Shown here piece after piece: positions 27,553-33,322 of a DNA stretch of 33,322 nucleotides; the first letter of the stretch is position 1, and every line of letters begins with the position of its first letter. The notes beneath the pieces were generated by a model that saw only the letters and a program-made list of their open reading frames with translations, made no database searches and was not told the origin of the DNA. Both the position numbers and the translations under genes were made by a program. The stretch covers positions 1 to 33,322 of the forward strand of contig CACZPT010000026.1 in assembly GCA_902783085.1 (NCBI GenBank), written 5' to 3'. This DNA comes from an uncultured Methanobrevibacter sp. GTDB lineage: Archaea; Methanobacteriota; Methanobacteria; Methanobacteriales; Methanobacteriaceae.

Positions 27553-27999
27553 TCAAACGAGTTCTACAAATGAGGAATAATGATTTGAAGTATAATATAC
27601 TCTATAATCTCCAGAATTAAATACTATTCTTTCAGCACCCCTGCTTGTACCATTTGCATTAATATCACATTCTATATAATCATGACTGCTTGATGGAAGT
27701 ATTGCCTGCCTGTTAGTAAAAACATCCCCACCAATACTTTTTCCAGGAGCATATTTCTTTAAAGGTCCCCCACTCCATCCAAGAGCTTTCGCTTCATTTT
27801 TTGTAATATAATTACTTGGAAGGTGATGATATGCTTTAATATAAGCTGCCACTTCATTTACAGTACAATATTGGCCATCTTCTGTAATATTAGTATCATT
27901 AATATGAATTTGAGTAATTTGTGCCGATGATGTAAATGTCAATCCGGCAAAAATAGCTATTATGAGAACTGCCAATATTAGCAATATTTTTCTATCCAT
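27553..27999 (-). CDS. Secreted barnase/binase-like guanyl-specific ribonuclease (N1/T1 family)
   Basis: Signal/anchor N-terminus. VAAYI..Y..LP.NYITK.EA.ALGW, APGKSIGGD.F.NR, YIECDIN, R..ERIVF and YYT.NHY retain equivalents of barnase K27/E73/R83/R87/H102. Confidence 0.92.
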   Translation of the reverse strand: MDRKILLILAVLIIAIFAGLTFTSSAQITQIHINDTNITEDGQYCTVNEVAAYIKAYHHLPSNYITKNEAKALGWSGGPLKKYAPGKSIGGDVFTNRQAILPSSSHDYIECDINANGTSRGAERIVFNSGDYRVYYTSNHYSSFVELV

Positions 28000-28003
28000 A
28001 ATA

Positions 28004-28843
28004 TCACTTAATTAATTTAATATAATCCTTAATAGCTTCTTTATAATTTCTTAATGGTTTAAATTCATTTTCTAACCATTTTTTATTTTCTAAAACAGAA
28101 TAACTTGGTCTTGGAGCAGGTCTTGCAAATTCTGATGCAGTAACTGGTATTACTTTAATATCCAAGTTTGCAATTTCAAAAATATATTCTGCAAAATCAA
28201 ACCAAGAACAACTTCCAGAGTTTGTAATATGGTATATTCCATAATAATCACTTTCAATTAGCTCAGCTATTGCTTTGGCTAAATCTAAAGTGTATGTAGG
28301 ACAACCCACTTCATCTGTTACAACCGTTATTTCAGGATGAGTCTTTGCAAGCTCTAACATTGTTTTTGGGAAATTTCCACCATTAATACCATATAACCAG
28401 GCTGTTCTTATAATAAAAAATTTATCTAAGTTTTCCCGAATATTGATTTCACCTTGAAGTTTACTTTTACCATAAACACTAATCGGACCTATTTCATCAT
28501 CTTCAACCCATGGCCTATTATTTTTTCCATTAAAGACATAATCTGTACTTATGTGAACCAATGGAATATCTAACTCACTACAAGCAATAGCTAGGTTTTT
28601 TGGTCCTTGTCCATTAACACTGTAAGCTAAATCTTGATTTTCTTCACATCCATCAACATTAGTATAAGCTGCTGAGTTAATTACAATGTCCGGTTTATTA
28701 TTTAATATAAAATCAATAGTATGATTTTTATCTGTTATATCTAATGTTTTTGATGTTGTTAGAATTAACTCATGTTTGTTTTTTAAAACTTCCTGTAAAT
28801 CATGGCCTAACATTCCATTAGAACCCGCTATTAAAATTTTCAT
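28004..28843 (-). CDS. rmlD: dTDP-4-dehydrorhamnose reductase
   Basis: GSNGMLG, AAYTNVD, HISTDYVF.G, YGKSK, RTAWLY, G.PT, PAPRP.YS.L motifs. Confidence 0.95.
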   Translation of the reverse strand: MKILIAGSNGMLGHDLQEVLKNKHELILTTSKTLDITDKNHTIDFILNNKPDIVINSAAYTNVDGCEENQDLAYSVNGQGPKNLAIACSELDIPLVHISTDYVFNGKNNRPWVEDDEIGPISVYGKSKLQGEINIRENLDKFFIIRTAWLYGINGGNFPKTMLELAKTHPEITVVTDEVGCPTYTLDLAKAIAELIESDYYGIYHITNSGSCSWFDFAEYIFEIANLDIKVIPVTASEFARPAPRPSYSVLENKKWLENEFKPLRNYKEAIKDYIKLIK

Positions 28844-28914
28844 TATATCCCCAAATATTTATTATATAAATTAAATATATCAATATTAATATTTAAATTA
28901 AAAGGGGTTAGTAT

Positions 28915-30156
28915 ATGAAAATATGTATTATTGGTCAAGGTTATATCGGACTTCCAACCGCTGCACTTTTTAGTATGAATGGTTGTGAAGTCTTAGGTGT
29001 TGATGTAAATGATGAAATTGTTTCAAATTTAAATAATGGAATTGTTCACATTGAAGAGCCTGGAATTGCTAAAATCATTAAAAAAGCTGTTGAAAATAAT
29101 ACATACCATGCTTCTCTTAAACCGCAAAAAGCTGATGCATTTATTATAACTGTCCCAACCCCATATATTGTTGAAAATTACAAGTGCGATTTAAGTTATG
29201 TTATTGATGCCTGCAATTCAATAATTCCATATTTAGAAAAAGGAAATATTGTCATTATTGAGTCAACAATAGCCCCGATGTCAACAGATGATATTATAAA
29301 ACCAATATTTGAAAAGGAAGGTTTTGAAATTGGAAAAGATTTATATCTTGCACATTGCCCAGAAAGAGTCTTGCCTGGTCAAATTTTAGATGAACTTGTC
29401 AATAATGACCGTATCATTGGTGGCCTAACAGCTGAATGTAGTAAAAAAGCTAGTGAAGTTTATAGTCAATTTGTTAAAGGAAAATGTATGGAGACTGAAG
29501 CAAAAACTGCAGAGTTATCCAAATGTATGGAAAATACTTTTCGTGATGTGAATATTGCACTTGCAAATGAATTAACTAAAATATGTGCTGAAATTGGAGT
29601 TAATGCACTCGATGTTATAAAAATTGCAAATAGGCATCCTCGAGTTAATTTACATCAACCGGGACCAGGTGTTGGAGGCCACTGCCTTGCAATTGATCCA
29701 TATTTTATCTATGCAAAATCACCTGAAAATGCTAAAATCATTAAATTAGCAAGAGATACAAATAACTCCATGCCAGAATTTGTATGCGATTATGTTCATA
29801 GAATTATACCTTCCGGTAAAATTGCAGTCCTAGGTGTTTCTTATAAAGGAAATACTGGTGATGACAGAGAGAGTCCAGCATATAAAATAATTGGTAATTT
29901 ATTAAAAGATTATGAAATTACAATTTGTGATCCTCACATTGAAAATACGAATTTTTTAAGTTTTGAAGATGCAATTGAGAATGCAGATTTAATTTTAATC
30001 TTATGTGATCATGATGAGTTTAAAGAAATCAATTACGATTTAATTACTGAAAAAATGTCTAACCCAATAATATTTGATACTAAAGATATAATTAAAAATG
30101 TTCCAGATGGAATTAAACTATATAATTATGGGAATTTATATGATTTAAAAAATTAA
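28915..30156 (+). CDS. wecC: UDP-N-acetyl-D-mannosamine (UDP-HexNAc) 6-dehydrogenase
   Basis: G.GYIGLPTA, ITVPTP, EST, CPERVLPG, K..ENTFRDVNIALANEL, PGPGVGGHCL, D.RESP motifs. Confidence 0.88.
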   Translation: MKICIIGQGYIGLPTAALFSMNGCEVLGVDVNDEIVSNLNNGIVHIEEPGIAKIIKKAVENNTYHASLKPQKADAFIITVPTPYIVENYKCDLSYVIDACNSIIPYLEKGNIVIIESTIAPMSTDDIIKPIFEKEGFEIGKDLYLAHCPERVLPGQILDELVNNDRIIGGLTAECSKKASEVYSQFVKGKCMETEAKTAELSKCMENTFRDVNIALANELTKICAEIGVNALDVIKIANRHPRVNLHQPGPGVGGHCLAIDPYFIYAKSPENAKIIKLARDTNNSMPEFVCDYVHRIIPSGKIAVLGVSYKGNTGDDRESPAYKIIGNLLKDYEITICDPHIENTNFLSFEDAIENADLILILCDHDEFKEINYDLITEKMSNPIIFDTKDIIKNVPDGIKLYNYGNLYDLKN

Positions 30157-31310
30157 TCCTTGATATACATTGCTGAGAAAACATCCTCACCTTTCCAGGC
30201 TTTAAGTGATGTCCACTCACAATCAGGATTTGACCAAAATCTATCAGTTTCAGGAAGACCTAAAACTAAAAAAACCGTACTGCATAAATACATACTTCCA
30301 GTATTACTGTATTCTTCAGCAATTTTTAGTTGATGGCCATTGAAACCAAATCGTAACCATCCATTTTTATCAAAATTATCCCCAGATTTAAATTGATTTT
30401 CCAAAACCTTGGTCAAAGCACATCTAACCTGTGCGGGGTCGATGTCTTCATTATAAAGACCAAACAAGCATGCTTGAGAAAGTGCTTGAAAAACAGCAGT
30501 TCGATAAAGCATTGATCTTCCAAAAACAGGATATGTTCCTTCAGGAGAAATTAACCTTTCCAAATGCCCTGCATAATGCCTTAAACGGTGCAAGTGAGCA
30601 TCAAGAAATGTATATTCTCCAAGATTATGACGACGCAAAACCATTAAAATATCACTTAACATTGGATGAATTACGAAACTATTGTAATAGTCAAAATGAA
30701 AATTAGGCCCATCACCATAATATCCATCTCCACAATACCACTCATTCATATACACATTAACACCATGCATTAAACGAGTCATATCACACTCACCCCTAAC
30801 TTCAAGTAAAAAAGCTTCAATCATTGATGGAAATAATATCCAATTATTATTCCAAGGATCAATCAAACGAGTCTTTTTTAATGCATTGATGATTATTTCC
30901 TGATTTTCAAAAGAAAGAGTATCCCAAACTTGACTTTTACATCTTAAAAGTCCCTCAGCCAAATGTGCACTGTCAACCAATGGTTGATAAGGTTCATCAA
31001 AAATTAAATAATCATCAGATTGAGGATTACAAACATTAACTAAACCTTTTTTTACAAGCTCAATATATTGGCCACGAAGCTTACCTTCAGATGTATTATC
31101 AGCTCCAAGTTCTAACCAAGACCCTATTCCACAAATTAAACGCCCAACCGCTTCCAAGTGTGCAAATTTTGCTCTTTCAGGGTTTACATACTCAATAGGC
31201 ATGTTCGCTTTTAAAGTACCTTGAGCCATATTTATTAAAACTGGTTCAGCAATTTTAATTAATGTTTTAACCCAGAATTTCCTTGGGGAATTTTTTAAAG
31301 ATAATTTCAT
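30153..31310 (-). CDS. DUF2264 family protein
   Basis: HLEAVGR...GI..WL, QPLVD, NNW.LF..M.E, WY.GDG.Y.DG, DYYNSFVIHPM, LERLISPEGTYPVFGRS..YR motifs. ATG 31310 chosen. Confidence 0.82.
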   Translation of the reverse strand: MKLSLKNSPRKFWVKTLIKIAEPVLINMAQGTLKANMPIEYVNPERAKFAHLEAVGRLICGIGSWLELGADNTSEGKLRGQYIELVKKGLVNVCNPQSDDYLIFDEPYQPLVDSAHLAEGLLRCKSQVWDTLSFENQEIIINALKKTRLIDPWNNNWILFPSMIEAFLLEVRGECDMTRLMHGVNVYMNEWYCGDGYYGDGPNFHFDYYNSFVIHPMLSDILMVLRRHNLGEYTFLDAHLHRLRHYAGHLERLISPEGTYPVFGRSMLYRTAVFQALSQACLFGLYNEDIDPAQVRCALTKVLENQFKSGDNFDKNGWLRFGFNGHQLKIAEEYSNTGSMYLCSTVFLVLGLPETDRFWSNPDCEWTSLKAWKGEDVFSAMYIKD

Positions 31311-31315
31311 AACAA

Positions 31316-32530
31316 TCAAAAATCAATAGTTTGATCAGCACTACAATCTTGACCGCTCCAAGCCCTAAGTGATGACCATGGCTCAAATGGATCTGACCAA
31401 AATGCATCATTTGCATCAAGACCTAAAACTAAAAAAGCAGACATACATAGATACAAACTTCCAGTATTAATGTTTGATTCGCATAAATTTTCTTGATGTC
31501 CATTCAATCCTAAAAGTAACCAGCCATCAGATGTTAAATTTTTTGAATTTTCAAAACAATTTCTCAAAACCTTAGTTAAAGCGCATCTAACTTGAGCAAC
31601 CATGATATTTTTAGGAAGTAACTTGAAAAGTGTGATTTGAGATAATGCATGAAATATTCCACATCTATAACTAATAGCTTTCCCAACAACCGGGAATGTT
31701 CCTTCAGGAGAAATAATTCTTTCAAGTTGAGCTGAAAGACGAGATGATCTCATAAGTTGAATGTCTAAAAATTCACCTTCAGGAAGATTATATTTTCGTG
31801 AAACCATTAAAATATCATTAAGCATGGGATGTATTATACTTCCATTTAAATAATCAACATTAAAATCACTTCCATCAGCATAAATCCCATCTCCAATATA
31901 CCATTCATCTCTAAATTTATGAATAGCATAACTTAAGCGTTGTTTATCACATTGGCCAGTAAATTCTAAAAGAGCAGCTTCAATCATAGATGTATAAACT
32001 AACCAATGATTTTCATAAGGAGCAATAATTCTACTATTTTTTAATTCATCAGTAATTTTGGATTGGATTTTCATTGGTAAATTAACCCAAATTTGATTTT
32101 TTGAACGGAGTAAACCTTGAGCAAATAAAGCCATATCAACTAAAGATTGTTTTGGTTCAGAATAAAAAATATAATCATTACTATTAGGATTAACAGCATT
32201 TGAAATAGCTTTAATGGTTAATTTAATATATTTAGAACGAATTTTACCTTCTTCAGACTCATCAGCTCCCAATTCCAACCATGGAGCAATTCCATTAAAA
32301 ACACGAGCGAAAGCTTCAAGATAAACAAATTTTTCATTTTGTGGACTCTTAGCTTCTATAATCATATTTTTCTTTAAAGAATCCTTACTAAGATTATTTA
32401 AAACAGGGCCAGCAATTTTTTGTAAAGTTTCTACCCAGAAAATCCTATCTTCCCAAACAGGAGCTTCCTGTTCTATAACAGGCTCAACCTCTTTACTTTT
32501 TTTAAATCTTTTTAAAAATGAATTACTCAT
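31316..32530 (-). CDS. DUF2264 family protein (tandem paralog, divergent at several conserved motifs)
   Basis: YLEAFAR..NGIAPWL, WYIGDG.Y.DG, LERIISPEGTFP and NTGSLYLC motifs. Confidence 0.82.
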   Translation of the reverse strand: MSNSFLKRFKKSKEVEPVIEQEAPVWEDRIFWVETLQKIAGPVLNNLSKDSLKKNMIIEAKSPQNEKFVYLEAFARVFNGIAPWLELGADESEEGKIRSKYIKLTIKAISNAVNPNSNDYIFYSEPKQSLVDMALFAQGLLRSKNQIWVNLPMKIQSKITDELKNSRIIAPYENHWLVYTSMIEAALLEFTGQCDKQRLSYAIHKFRDEWYIGDGIYADGSDFNVDYLNGSIIHPMLNDILMVSRKYNLPEGEFLDIQLMRSSRLSAQLERIISPEGTFPVVGKAISYRCGIFHALSQITLFKLLPKNIMVAQVRCALTKVLRNCFENSKNLTSDGWLLLGLNGHQENLCESNINTGSLYLCMSAFLVLGLDANDAFWSDPFEPWSSLRAWSGQDCSADQTIDF

Positions 32531-32582
32531 GTAAACTCATTATGTTAAACATGATATAATAAATTTATGATTACACTAAATT

Positions 32583-33204
32583 GACTCTTTCAAAAAATTT
32601 GTTGATTTGAAATTTTTTGATGAGGGTTAGTTTTGAATTTTTAAATCTATATTTAAAAATAGTTAAATTTAATAAAGAATTGAAGAAAATTGTTTATAAT
32701 TCTAAATCAAAAAATTACTTTAAATAGTGTTTTTAGATGTTAAACAATTTTATATTTGTGATTTTGATGATGGATTTGCTCTTCAAATCCTCGTTTTTGT
32801 GAAAATTTTTAAATCTTGTCAAAAGGCTTTGAAATATTTTGATTTAAGTTTTAAAAGGATATTTCTTATTTTGAAATGAGTTTAGCTAGATGTCAACATT
32901 GTGAAATTTGTCGTGTTGTTAAATATGGGTTTACTGGTAGAAGATTGGTATTTAAGAAATAGCTAAAACTATGATTAAAGTTCAGTGCTATATTTGTAAA
33001 CGTTGTAGTAAAACCTTTAAAACGAATTTTGTAAGTCTTGTTGATAGAAATAGTAATTTTACGAAAGAATTGAAAAGTGATTCGGAGCATTTAATTTCTG
33101 ATTATATGGGAAGTTTGAAAAATGTTTGTAAATCTTTTAAAAAGTTTTTTGGAATGAAAATCAAAACCTTGATTTTAAAAATCAACAAAGTTTTTGAAAG
33201 AGCC
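32583..33204 (+). mobile_element. Internally deleted IS element (622 bp) bounded by 26-bp terminal inverted repeats; family uncertain (possibly ISNCY/ISM1-like)
   Basis: Left 32583-32608 GACTCTTTCAAAAAATTTGTTGATTT versus reverse complement of 33179-33204 GGCTCTTTCAAAAACTTTGTTGATTT: 24/26 identical. Encloses transposase fragments. Confidence 0.82.
32737..33160 (+). pseudogene. Degraded N-terminal part of a transposase (Zn-ribbon region), frameshifted and truncated
   Basis: Consecutive frames give RCQHC..CRVVKYGFT.R.L then IKVQCYICKRCSKTFKT, a CxxC..K.G..Q.Y.C..C...F zinc ribbon. Stops and frameshifts present; no catalytic domain before the right TIR. Confidence 0.72.
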
Positions 33205-33211
33205 GAAATAC

Positions 33212-33226
33212 GAAACACTTATATAA
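33212..33226 (+). promoter_or_regulatory. Putative BRE/TATA promoter for the tRNA gene
   Basis: GAAACAC-TTATATAA about 26-33 nt upstream of the tRNA 5' end. Confidence 0.55.
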
Positions 33227-33251
33227 TATCAACACCATAATATATATTGTT

Positions 33252-33322
33252 GGTTCCGTGGTCTAGTGGTATGATACCTCCCTTACAAGGAGGGGATCAC
33301 GAGTTCGAATCTCGTCGGAACC
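33252..33322 (+). tRNA. tRNA-Val (anticodon TAC), intron-less; discriminator base is beyond the window end
   Basis: Acceptor GGTTCCG/CGGAACC, D-arm with AGTGG, anticodon arm CCTCC-CTTACAA-GGAGG, T-arm ACGAG-TTCGAAT-CTCGT. Confidence 0.96.

Noticed and set aside
30431-30706. 91-aa + strand ORF
   Set aside because: Antisense to the DUF2264 gene.
32893-33240. ORFs 32893-33090 (-) and 32971-33240 (+) as real genes
   Set aside because: The first is antisense to the transposase remnant. The second is a fragment of it that reads through the deletion junction and right TIR.
33252-33322. tRNA-Val as att site of an integrated element covering this window
   Set aside because: The window lies 5' of the tRNA, and I saw no integrase or duplicated tRNA fragment.

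Overview
AT-rich archaeal DNA, most likely a Methanobrevibacter-like methanogen. This assignment is inferred from GGTGA-type ribosome-binding sites, TATA/BRE promoters and gene content. Nearly the whole window is one cell-surface polysaccharide locus, mostly on the minus strand. It holds a WcaJ-like initiating phosphotransferase, about 13 GT2/GT4/DUF616 glycosyltransferases, a TagF/TagB-like polyol-phosphate transferase, a Wzm/Wzt ABC exporter, rmlABCD and wecC. Two DUF2264 paralogs, an internally deleted IS element and tRNA-Val(TAC) follow. The strongest non-routine signals are: (1) the 3' end (domains V-VI) of a group II intron at the left edge; (2) a Wzt ATPase with a ~330-aa N-terminal beta-rich/DUF11-like extension; (3) a secreted barnase-like RNase plus barstar inside the rml genes, followed by ~320 nt of non-coding DNA rich in hairpins; (4) a pair of half-size 3-TM paralogous membrane proteins; (5) an 'LFD..FY...YPDV....PL.HY...G' module repeated in five enzymes, with fused and split versions of the same enzymes side by side. 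All family calls come from motif recognition by eye; no database searches were run.
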